From Leptospirales bacterium (GTDB lineage Bacteria; Spirochaetota; Leptospiria; Turneriellales; JAOUFE01): a stretch of DNA of 64,000 bases. Made by a program: the position numbers and the translations under genes. A model generated the notes under the pieces. It saw only the letters and a program-made list of their open reading frames with translations, was not told where the DNA came from and made no database searches. Shown one piece after another: positions 39,106 through 47,696 of this stretch (the stretch's first letter is position 1; the number at the start of each line of letters is the position of its first letter). The stretch is from NCBI GenBank assembly GCA_040326155.1, contig JBEQLE010000001.1:1-64000 (forward strand). The letters are read 5' to 3'.

Positions 39106-39653
39106 TCTGTGCCTCCTGTTTCTGGGGTTTCTACTTCACTCACAACCTGAATTGTAGAGTTCATAGCCTGGTGAGCAACCCCGCATAATTCCATGCATAT
39201 AATTTTATACTCGCCAGGTTCTTTAAAAGTATACCTTAACTTATTTGTATAACCAGGCATAACTTGAACCTGAGTTATAATTTGACCATCGGAATTATAT
39301 ATTCCAAAACCGTGGGTAACATCCGTAGAAGATACGGCAAACTCAATAACTTTTCCAACAGGAATCGTACTGGGAACAATGTCCCAATTGTACATACTTC
39401 CGGTAACCTGAACTGTAACATCGGGTTTTCCCGTTTTACTTTCCGGATAAGGTATTGCGTCATTATTCATTGTTAAAACCAGTAGTACGACGATGACACC
39501 GATCAAGAAGATAAAATATATCGAACGAAGTTTGTAGAGTTTTTGAATAAAACCCTCCCCTTTTTCGCCAGAATTTTTACCAACATAAAGACCGATTAAA
39601 ATAATCGCCAAGACTACAACAGCTGTAACTATTGCTGCTATTTGTATTGTCAT
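39102..39653 (-). CDS. Heme-copper oxidase subunit II with CuA centre (NorS-like)
   Basis: 2 TM helices plus cupredoxin: DVTHGF, QVMPGY, CMELCGVAHQAM; GGAGGAG RBS. Confidence 0.9.
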   Translation of the reverse strand: MTIQIAAIVTAVVVLAIILIGLYVGKNSGEKGEGFIQKLYKLRSIYFIFLIGVIVVLLVLTMNNDAIPYPESKTGKPDVTVQVTGSMYNWDIVPSTIPVGKVIEFAVSSTDVTHGFGIYNSDGQIITQVQVMPGYTNKLRYTFKEPGEYKIICMELCGVAHQAMNSTIQVVSEVETPETGGTE

Positions 39654-39685
39654 ATCACTCCTCCATTTGAAATCTGATATAATGT

Positions 39686-39705
39686 AAGTTAGTAAATACT
39701 AACTT
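39686..39705. promoter_or_regulatory. Palindromic operator, probably for the divergent TetR
   Basis: AAGTTAGTA-aa-TACTAACTT (perfect 9-bp arms), 32 bp upstream of the subunit II start and downstream of a minus-strand TTGACA (39721-39726). Confidence 0.6.
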
Positions 39706-39907
39706 TATGGAGAGCGATATTGTCAACACATTATTCGAGATCATGAGTGTATTTTCGGGCAAAGTTTAGAAGTTGGAGCCTGAATTCCCTGTATAAATAT
39801 AAATAGTATTGTACAATGAGAAACTTAATATAATATTAATCTTTATGATATGACTTCAAACTTCAACAGGTTACTCTATCATTAAACTTTGTTGCATACT
39901 AAAACGA

Positions 39908-40492
39908 ATGGAAAGCTCAAGAAGAAAAGAACAAATTATTTCCATAACCCTTAATATTATTGGTGAACAGGGTCTGGCTGGCCTGACGATTGCAAAGATT
40001 GCCAAAAATGCAAAAATATCTGAAGCTGCTCTATACAAACACTTTAAAGGAAAAAACGATATTCTCGAACATTGTATAGGAATGATCGAGAAAAGGTTGA
40101 TCGGAACAATTCGATCATTAAATAAAGAAGAAACAACAGCAATTGCCATATTAACCGGCATCTATAATACACATATAAACCACATCCAGGTCAATAAAGG
40201 AGTTCCCAGAATTATATATACTTCTGAAATTCATTCACAAGAAAACTTTCGAACCAGACTTTTTACAATTATTGAAACTTACCTGCATGAAATCGAGGAA
40301 ATTATAGTCGAAGGTCAAAAAGTAAATACTGTTTCTCAAGTTATTTCAGCAGGACAAGCCGCACGAAGATTTTTATCTATTATACAATTTGCCGCATTTC
40401 GATATTCGCTCAGCGGTTTCAATATGGAAATAATTGAAGAAGGTAACGAACAGTTGAAAGAGTTTTTACACACTCTGGAACCAACCGGATAG
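39908..40492 (+). CDS. TetR/AcrR family transcriptional regulator
   Basis: RKEQII...GLTIAKIAKNAKISEAALYKHFKGKNDIL. Confidence 0.93.
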   Translation: MESSRRKEQIISITLNIIGEQGLAGLTIAKIAKNAKISEAALYKHFKGKNDILEHCIGMIEKRLIGTIRSLNKEETTAIAILTGIYNTHINHIQVNKGVPRIIYTSEIHSQENFRTRLFTIIETYLHEIEEIIVEGQKVNTVSQVISAGQAARRFLSIIQFAAFRYSLSGFNMEIIEEGNEQLKEFLHTLEPTG

Positions 40493-40578
40493 AAAGATTT
40501 AACCCATAGACAGAAACTTCGAAAAAATAGTTTCCTGGTTTGAATAAAAGATTGTTACTATATTCAATCATTCTAAAT

Positions 40579-41196
40579 ATGCTCATGGATAAAAAAGAGC
40601 ATTGGGAAGCGGTGTACGAGAAAAAGGTCTTTGAAGAATCAAGCTGGTACCAGAAGGTTCCGAAAGATTCTCTCCACATTATTCATGGCTGTAACCTTGC
40701 TTTTGAGTCAAAAATTATCGATGTCGGTTCCGGTGAAAGTTTTCTTTCTGACGAGTTGTTTAATCTGGGTTATTCAAACTTAACGGCTCTCGATATATCC
40801 CAAAAGGCAATCGAGAGAATTCAAAAGAGGTTTGCCGAAAAAGATAGAAAAATAGAGGGTATTGCTGAGGATGTTCTGAATGCAAAACTCAATGGACCCT
40901 ACGACCTCTGGCATGATCGAGCTGTTTTTCACTTTTTAACCGTTCAAGAAGAAATTGAAAAATACGTGGATATTATTGGTAAAGAGATTCGCCCCGGTGG
41001 TTATTTTTTCGTAGCTACTTTTGCTCATGATGGCCCGGAAAAATGCAGTGGTTTATCCGTCACAAGATACAGTGAAGAAAACCTGGTCAAAACTCTGGGA
41101 ACCCGGTTTAATAAAATTGAATGTTCGCATGTTGAGCATAAAACACCAAATGAGAAAGTTCAAAAATTTATTTTCTGCCTTTTCCAGCATAAATAA
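40579..41196 (+). CDS. Class I SAM-dependent methyltransferase
   Basis: KEHWEAVY, IIDVGSGES, LDIS, YDLWHDRAVFHFLT, GPEKCSGL. Confidence 0.9.
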   Translation: MLMDKKEHWEAVYEKKVFEESSWYQKVPKDSLHIIHGCNLAFESKIIDVGSGESFLSDELFNLGYSNLTALDISQKAIERIQKRFAEKDRKIEGIAEDVLNAKLNGPYDLWHDRAVFHFLTVQEEIEKYVDIIGKEIRPGGYFFVATFAHDGPEKCSGLSVTRYSEENLVKTLGTRFNKIECSHVEHKTPNEKVQKFIFCLFQHK

Positions 41197-41243
41197 GCTA
41201 AGCGGGAATGCAAATTCTATAAAAGATCAATACTCTTGATTTT

Positions 41244-42506
41244 TTAATCGGCTACGGGCAAGGCCGCCTCATAACAAGCCGGGACCCGCTTTTCTATTAA
41301 ATTGACAATCAATGCATCAAGACTATTGCTTTGTGCCATCTCACGTAGTATAATCAGAATTTCACGTATGGCAAGAGCTTTTCGATAGGGACGCTCTTGT
41401 ATAAGAGCCTGAAAAACGTCTGCCGCTGCTATTATACGCGATTCAACTTCAAGGCCGCCGATATGAACCTGAAAGGGATACCCTTTACCGTCCGGTCTTT
41501 CGTGATGATACGCCGCCCATCTTGCGACATCTTCCAGCCCCGTTATTTTATTTAAAATTTCAAAAGTTTCAAAGGAGTGTTCTTCGATAACCGCTCTCTC
41601 ATTCTCGTTCAATGGTCCCTCTTTTTCAAGAATGACGTCGGGAATTTTCAGTTTCCCGAGATCATGCAATAGCCCGGCTATCTCAATTTTATCGAGAATA
41701 TTTTCACCAAGACACAACTCTTCGGCTAAAAACCTCGACATACGAGCCACCCCCGCAGAGTGCTCCATTGTAAAAGGGCTTTTGGCATCGACGATCTGGG
41801 AGAAAATTTGCGCTACATGTTTTAAGTCTGTATAAGAAACAAGGTTCGGCCGGGTTTTCTTACGAATTTCCGACATAAAGGACGTTATATGACCAGGTGT
41901 AAGCATAAGCCAGAAAGCCTGTTTATCTGCCGCTTCCCAGAAAACATCGTTAAGCTCTTTTGAAAAAAACGTACCTGCCTTCTCGGTTATCGATTTTCGA
42001 ACTTCTTCTTTTTTGACAAGGATATCTTTACCATAATAAGCGGCACTTGATATATCAACCCGATCGGCAAGATAAATTAAATTGGCAAATTGCCTGGTTT
42101 TTTCGTCAATGTCAACATCTCTCAATTTTTCCCAATGAGTATGGTGATACCGTATTGGTAAAGCCATGGGGCGCCATGGTTCGAAATTTTTTAAAAGTTC
42201 ATACCCCACTTCGCAATGGATCATTGAATTGGACCAGTCAAATTCGGATATCAAGTGCTTATGAACCCTTGTAGAAGAGACCCCGCAATCGTGAAGAAGT
42301 CCGGTCTCAAAAAGCAACTGGCTCTCTTCATCGGAAAGGCCCATCAGCTTTGCGCATTGTAAGACCATATAACCCACGCGTTTTCCATGATGGACTTCAT
42401 CTACACCAACAAAATCTAACGCATCGGAAAGAGCGTAAACGACTTGTTTCAAATCAATTTCCAGATGAGTAGATTTCTGATTTTCTTTTTCTTCCATACC
42501 TTTCAT
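41244..42506 (-). CDS. HD-GYP domain phosphohydrolase (tandem HD domains)
   Basis: LLHDCG and LLHDLGK; HHERPDGKGYP; ADVFQAL. Confidence 0.93.
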   Translation of the reverse strand: MKGMEEKENQKSTHLEIDLKQVVYALSDALDFVGVDEVHHGKRVGYMVLQCAKLMGLSDEESQLLFETGLLHDCGVSSTRVHKHLISEFDWSNSMIHCEVGYELLKNFEPWRPMALPIRYHHTHWEKLRDVDIDEKTRQFANLIYLADRVDISSAAYYGKDILVKKEEVRKSITEKAGTFFSKELNDVFWEAADKQAFWLMLTPGHITSFMSEIRKKTRPNLVSYTDLKHVAQIFSQIVDAKSPFTMEHSAGVARMSRFLAEELCLGENILDKIEIAGLLHDLGKLKIPDVILEKEGPLNENERAVIEEHSFETFEILNKITGLEDVARWAAYHHERPDGKGYPFQVHIGGLEVESRIIAAADVFQALIQERPYRKALAIREILIILREMAQSNSLDALIVNLIEKRVPACYEAALPVAD

Positions 42507-42573
42507 TAGAATTCCATTGAAACCATCGTCTTTGGTAAACCTCGGAAGTCAAGAAAAAACAGAGCGCCTTCGG

Positions 42574-43254
42574 TTACAGTTTGGAAATTATCCAGCTATG
42601 CCAGCTTTCTAAAAACTCTTTTTCGTATTCAAGAAAACCATAACCATACTCTTTACGATTGCGATACTCTTCTTTTACACGCTCTTCTTCAGATTTTACT
42701 TTCAAACGTTTTAATATAGAGTGATAAATCGGTGTAAGTTTTGCAATTTTTTCCATCTTCCATTTTGAATCGTGCACCCACGGACTCTCCGGATACTCAT
42801 CAACGACTTTTTTATAATAAACATACGCCTTTTGAAAATTCGCCAAAATTTCAACGGCGGCCTGTAGTTTTATATCGACCTTAATTTTCTTACGATAGAA
42901 TTTATAAAACCCACGATGAAAAAAGGTGTGCCCCTGCTTGTAATATACATAGGCCGGATCTTTCGGTTTTCCGGGTAGCCCTGAGTTCTGTACTGGGTCT
43001 GTGTTTTGCTGTTGTTCTACATTCGGTCGGTGTACCGGACGATCCTGTTTGTCGTCATAAACTTTTAGAATTTCATTATATGCCATATTTATACGCACCA
43101 TTATCGCATGACATTTTCGTCTTTCTTCAGGGTTATCAAATCTCAAATCAGGATGATACTTTCGAACAAGCCCTCGATAAGCTTTTTTGATCTGTTCAAG
43201 CGACGCCCCATTCGATAGCCCCAAAATAGTGTACATATAGTTATTTACGTTCAT
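42574..43254 (-). CDS. J-domain (DnaJ-like) protein with TPR-like C-terminus
   Basis: ILGL...IKKAYRGLVRKYHPD...INMAYNEI. Confidence 0.88.
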   Translation of the reverse strand: MNVNNYMYTILGLSNGASLEQIKKAYRGLVRKYHPDLRFDNPEERRKCHAIMVRINMAYNEILKVYDDKQDRPVHRPNVEQQQNTDPVQNSGLPGKPKDPAYVYYKQGHTFFHRGFYKFYRKKIKVDIKLQAAVEILANFQKAYVYYKKVVDEYPESPWVHDSKWKMEKIAKLTPIYHSILKRLKVKSEEERVKEEYRNRKEYGYGFLEYEKEFLESWHSWIISKL

Positions 43255-43262
43255 TATTAGTG

Positions 43263-43507
43263 CACAAAAAAATCCTGCGGTTTTTTTGTGTCGCTCCGTT
43301 CGATTATTGTTTGAAGTTTTTTTCGGAAAAAAAATGTCATTTTTTTCCGACCGCTTCGTGGTATTATTCTCACAATAAAATCCTGCGCTTTTTTTGTGTC
43401 GCTCCGTTCAATTATAGTTTGAAGTTTTTTTCGAAAAAATGTCATTTTTTCCGACCGCTTCGTGGTGTTATTCTCACAATAAAATCCTTCGTGCCGCTCC
43501 GTGGTGG
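43263..43507. repeat. Tandem ~104-108-bp hairpin-containing repeat (2 full units plus a partial)
   Basis: Units start at 43263, 43371 and 43475 (cacaa.aaaatcct...); each full unit contains two stem-loops. Confidence 0.85.
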
Positions 43508-43709
43508 TATTTTATTATCGTTGTTCTGAAGTTATAAATTAGTTCTTATTCTATACATCGGGTAATAAAAGAAGGTAACCGGAAAAATTAAATATGAAAT
43601 GGAAAAGATGGAATACAAATCAGTCCCTGTAAATCCTGTCTATTACTCTCCTCTTAACAATGTTGTTATATTTTACTGGTCAAATGAACGCGCACATTAA
43701 AATTGTCGT

Positions 43710-43955
43710 ATGTCAATGTGGGATTTTCTGAACGCGCTGAAAAAAGAGGATCAAAAGGAGAGTTCCCGGGGTTCGAAAATATTTATTCTGGTCATCACAG
43801 TCTTTGTATCTTTCGTTCCTTTTTTTTTCGTCATCACAAACCTGAAAAAAACGATGGGAGACAACCCCCGTGCGTTAACAGCCTCCATCTCTTTTATGGT
43901 TTTCCTGGCTCTTGGCCTTATTTTCATCATATTAAAATCAAAACCCAATAAGTAG
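43710..43955 (+). CDS. Small two-TM hypothetical protein
   Basis: 81 aa with two hydrophobic helices. Confidence 0.55.
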   Translation: MSMWDFLNALKKEDQKESSRGSKIFILVITVFVSFVPFFFVITNLKKTMGDNPRALTASISFMVFLALGLIFIILKSKPNK

Positions 43956-44000
43956 ATCTGTTTTATTCTTGACTGCCACCGCCTGCAAGCAAAACAGAGT

Positions 44001-44783
44001 GTGCGTAAATTACTGGAAAAAAAGTCATTTTGGTTTATTGCACTTTTGGTTGTAATCGCCTCGCCGACTATTGCTTACTTCACAATGGAGCTGTTGACTC
44101 CCTCGGGTGAAACCATCCGACTTCATTCAAAAGGACTATTGAGTGACACCGGGTATTTAATTAAAGCGTATCTACTTTTTGCGGGATTGTTTACTATAAA
44201 CCTGTCGTTGCTTTTTGTGTTTTCCATGTTCTCTTATTTTACCATTATAAACATGATTGGTATCGTAAAAAAAAATGTCAATATCGCTGGAATTTATGGC
44301 TCGCTAATAGCAGCTGCGTTTACCGGAGCGGTTCTTATAAAGTCAGCGGTTAACCTTCCCGATCTTATGTCACAAATACTACAGGCAGATAACCATTACC
44401 ACGCCATTCGTTTTACCCCTTCCGGGGATGTATTATTTCTTCACGATTTTAAAGGCATCCAGTTTTCCCGACCGAGCGCCTCTTTAACAACCATGCGCGG
44501 TACCTGTCAGAGACGCGATAAAATACTGGAGGAGAAAATTATATTGCGATATACATTTACTTTATCGTTTATTTTTTCAGACACATCCATTCACGGTACT
44601 TTCTCAGAATTCACCAGAGCGCAAAACTCCGAATACATTACATATATACGTTTATCTGAAATTAATAAACATATATCCAGACCACTCTCTTTGGTATTAA
44701 ACCAGTGCCCTACAATTGAAATGTACCCTCCCGGGTTTGCCTCCACCGCCGAAATAACAGGGGCCGAACCATATAAATTTTAG
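44001..44783 (+). CDS. Hypothetical membrane protein
   Basis: 260 aa, three TM helices plus a soluble C-terminal domain; GTG start. Confidence 0.6.
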   Translation: MRKLLEKKSFWFIALLVVIASPTIAYFTMELLTPSGETIRLHSKGLLSDTGYLIKAYLLFAGLFTINLSLLFVFSMFSYFTIINMIGIVKKNVNIAGIYGSLIAAAFTGAVLIKSAVNLPDLMSQILQADNHYHAIRFTPSGDVLFLHDFKGIQFSRPSASLTTMRGTCQRRDKILEEKIILRYTFTLSFIFSDTSIHGTFSEFTRAQNSEYITYIRLSEINKHISRPLSLVLNQCPTIEMYPPGFASTAEITGAEPYKF

Positions 44784-44795
44784 GGTGAGTTTGCA

Positions 44796-45101
44796 CTACA
44801 TCCAGGCGCAGTCGATAAAATCGAGCCCGATGTGAATCCATAGGCCCCAGGCGAAAATTCTCGCTTTTTTCCAGACAGGAAGAAGCGCATAAAATGCCAT
44901 TGCCACCACACTGTGCAAAGGGTGAAAACCGAGGGAACACCGGTTCGGGTCAAAAACAGGATCGGCCAGCAGATGATCTATATCGATGCTCATTGCCAGA
45001 ATCATAACGAACCATACTTTATAAAACTTTTTTCCGTATAACAAAGAAACGAGTAAAGGCAACAGAAAGTGCAACATTAGATGAATTTCAGCCCTTTCCA
45101 T
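44796..45101 (-). CDS. DUF6122 family membrane protein
   Basis: IHLMLHFLLP...IDIDHLLADPVFDPNRCSLGFHPLHS...IHIGLDFIDC. Confidence 0.85.
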   Translation of the reverse strand: MERAEIHLMLHFLLPLLVSLLYGKKFYKVWFVMILAMSIDIDHLLADPVFDPNRCSLGFHPLHSVVAMAFYALLPVWKKARIFAWGLWIHIGLDFIDCAWM

Positions 45102-45190
45102 GCGTATACCTTCGCCTGTAACGATTTCCGTTGTCTACTTTAAAATCATTAATTTGTTTACATAGCACGGTAGAAGCCATTTCTGGATTC

Positions 45191-45439
45191 ATGGACGCTG
45201 AACTGCTAAACCTGCTGGTCTGTCCCAAGACAAAAAGAAAATTAATTCTGGCCCCGCCCGAACTTATTGATGAACTCAATGGTCAAATATCTGATGGCAA
45301 ATGCACAAACATCGGAGGGGAAAAGATTTCCGACCCTGTAGAAGAAGCTTTGTTTGAAGCTGAAGGTAAAGTCATCTATTTAATACTTGAGAGTATTCCG
45401 GTTTTGATATACGAAAACGGTATAATTCTAACGAAATGA
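45191..45439 (+). CDS. Trm112-like (YcaR) protein
   Basis: MDAELLNLLVCPKTK...YLILESIPVLI; ATGA overlap with dxs. Confidence 0.8.
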   Translation: MDAELLNLLVCPKTKRKLILAPPELIDELNGQISDGKCTNIGGEKISDPVEEALFEAEGKVIYLILESIPVLIYENGIILTK

Positions 45440-47349
45440 CTTTGCTCGATACGATTAACAGTCCAAAAGATTTAAAAAAGATACCTCTCTCGCAGCTACC
45501 GCAGGTATGTGATGAAATTAGATCATTTTTACTTCACACGTTAAGCCAGACCGGGGGCCACCTCGCCTCAAACCTGGGTACTGTCGAAATGATAGTCGCA
45601 CTTCATTATGTCTTCGACTCCCCGAAAGACCACTTTATCTGGGACGTTGGTCATCAGACTTATACGCATAAAATTCTTACTGGTCGAAAGAATAAACTAC
45701 ATACCGTTCGCCAATTCGAAGGCATGAGCGGGTTTCCAAAACGAGAAGAGTCGAAACACGATCATTACAATGCGGGTCATGCAGGAACAAGTATTTCACA
45801 AGCCATAGGCGAAGCCGTTGCTAAAAAAATCAGTGGGTTAAAAACCGGTAATATAATATCCGTTATTGGTGACGCTTCCATCGCCTCCGGAATGGCTTTT
45901 GAAGCCATTAATCATGGCGGTCACTTGAAAATTCCCTTTCTCGTCATCTTAAACGATAATGAAATGAGCATTTCAAAAAATGTGGGCTCTTTAAGTTATG
46001 TACTCACCTCCATGATCAATACCAGTTTTTATAAAAGCTGGCGCCAAAAGTGGACCAGCTGTATTCACAGGCTGCCGATTGTCGGACCTGTCTTCGAGCG
46101 AATAATGTTGCGTTTTCGAAGCAGCATGAAGTCCATTATTACCGAACACCAGTTTTTCGAAGAACTTGGTTTTCGCTACCTTGGTCCTTTAGATGGTCAC
46201 AATGTTGTGAAAATGGTCCATATGTTACACCGATTGGAAAATCTGGACCAACCTACCATTTTGCACCTTATTACAAAAAAAGGGAAAGGGTATGAACCAG
46301 CGGAGGTTGACCCCATTAAATTTCACGGTGTTTCACCTTTTGAAAAAACAACTGGGGCCACTCGACAAAACGACAATGGAAAATGGCCTCTATCCGAATT
46401 TGTAGGGCAATCGCTCAGTGCCATGGCTGGTAAAGATAAAAAGATCTGTGTAATCACGCCGGCAATGGGAGAGGGCTCTGGGCTTACCGAGTTTGAAAAA
46501 CTTTTCCCCGACCGTTTTTTCGATACCGGCATCGCCGAACAACACGCCACAACCTTTGCGGGAGCGCTAGCTAATTCCGGTCTAAAACCATTTTTATGCA
46601 TATACTCCACCTTTTTACAACGCGGCTTTGACCAGCTCATTCACGATATCGCTTTAATGAACTTACCCGTAAAACTTGTCATTGACCGAGCTGGTATTGT
46701 CGGAGGCGACGGAGAGACCCACCACGGCTTATACGATATTTCCTTTCTTTCGGGTATTCCAAATTTGACTTTATTAAGCGCATCAACAGCACAAGAGCTA
46801 ATGCAGATGCTGGAATTTATGAAAAACTTTGACTCGGGTCCCATAGCCGTAAGGTTTGCTAAAATGTCAGCCCCGAAAGAACTATTCACAGAATGGGCCA
46901 CGTCAACAAGAAAGAGCAATACGTCAAAAACAGCAACCATAAAATCAGAAATTCTTCTTACCGGTAAAGTCGCAGTTTTAATCGCCGAAGGTGTAATGGT
47001 GAAAAATGCTCTGGAAGCGGCTGAAATTCTTGCTGCAAAAAAAATATCGCTGGAAGTAGTATCGCTTCGAACCATAAAACCGCTCGATCTTAAAACACTA
47101 CGAAAATCTATAGCCAACAAGAAATTCGTTTTTACTATAGAGAACCACGTAGCTAGCGGGGGAACCGGTTTTTACATTCAAAACACTCTTTCAAAAGAAC
47201 TTACAAATAAAACCTTCACAGCTTTCTCCTACCCCGACGAGTTTATCGAACATGGGGGCATTAACGAGCTTCAACATAAATTCGGTCTCGATGCAAAAAG
47301 TATTGCCGCCTCTATTGAAAAAACGATTAAGCATAAACTTAAGAAGTGA
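45436..47349 (+). CDS. dxs: 1-deoxy-D-xylulose-5-phosphate synthase
   Basis: GGHLASNLG, WDVGHQ, GDA...NDN TPP motif, GIAEQHA, IDRAGIVGGDGETHHG. Confidence 0.97.
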   Translation: MTLLDTINSPKDLKKIPLSQLPQVCDEIRSFLLHTLSQTGGHLASNLGTVEMIVALHYVFDSPKDHFIWDVGHQTYTHKILTGRKNKLHTVRQFEGMSGFPKREESKHDHYNAGHAGTSISQAIGEAVAKKISGLKTGNIISVIGDASIASGMAFEAINHGGHLKIPFLVILNDNEMSISKNVGSLSYVLTSMINTSFYKSWRQKWTSCIHRLPIVGPVFERIMLRFRSSMKSIITEHQFFEELGFRYLGPLDGHNVVKMVHMLHRLENLDQPTILHLITKKGKGYEPAEVDPIKFHGVSPFEKTTGATRQNDNGKWPLSEFVGQSLSAMAGKDKKICVITPAMGEGSGLTEFEKLFPDRFFDTGIAEQHATTFAGALANSGLKPFLCIYSTFLQRGFDQLIHDIALMNLPVKLVIDRAGIVGGDGETHHGLYDISFLSGIPNLTLLSASTAQELMQMLEFMKNFDSGPIAVRFAKMSAPKELFTEWATSTRKSNTSKTATIKSEILLTGKVAVLIAEGVMVKNALEAAEILAAKKISLEVVSLRTIKPLDLKTLRKSIANKKFVFTIENHVASGGTGFYIQNTLSKELTNKTFTAFSYPDEFIEHGGINELQHKFGLDAKSIAASIEKTIKHKLKK

Positions 47350-47696
47350 GAGTATACCACGAAGCGGGCGCTCTCGTCTGCTGCGGCCAAAACCACCCTG
47401 CGACCGGTTTCAAAAACCCCATTCTGAATTTTGAAAGACTTTTGAGGCAAATTACCTTTACATTTCGAAAAAACCGAGCTTTTCGCCTGTCCAATAACAA
47501 TAATTTCATAATATTTTTATAAAGATTTATAAATCAATAGTCAATCTTTATAAATATGGAAGACCAAAACATTTTTTCATGTTACGGTGCAAGCTAACAT
47601 CCCATTTGACGGCGTGGCCGATACAAATATAACCATAGAAAGATCCCCCTTAAGCTGGTCTCCTTTCAAATGGGATACTTTTTTCAGGAGAGGTCA

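Noticed and set aside
43263..43507. CRISPR array, and the ORFs 43257-43445 and 43260-43529
   Set aside because: Whole units are duplicated with no unique spacers and there are no cas genes; the ORFs are just translations of the repeat.
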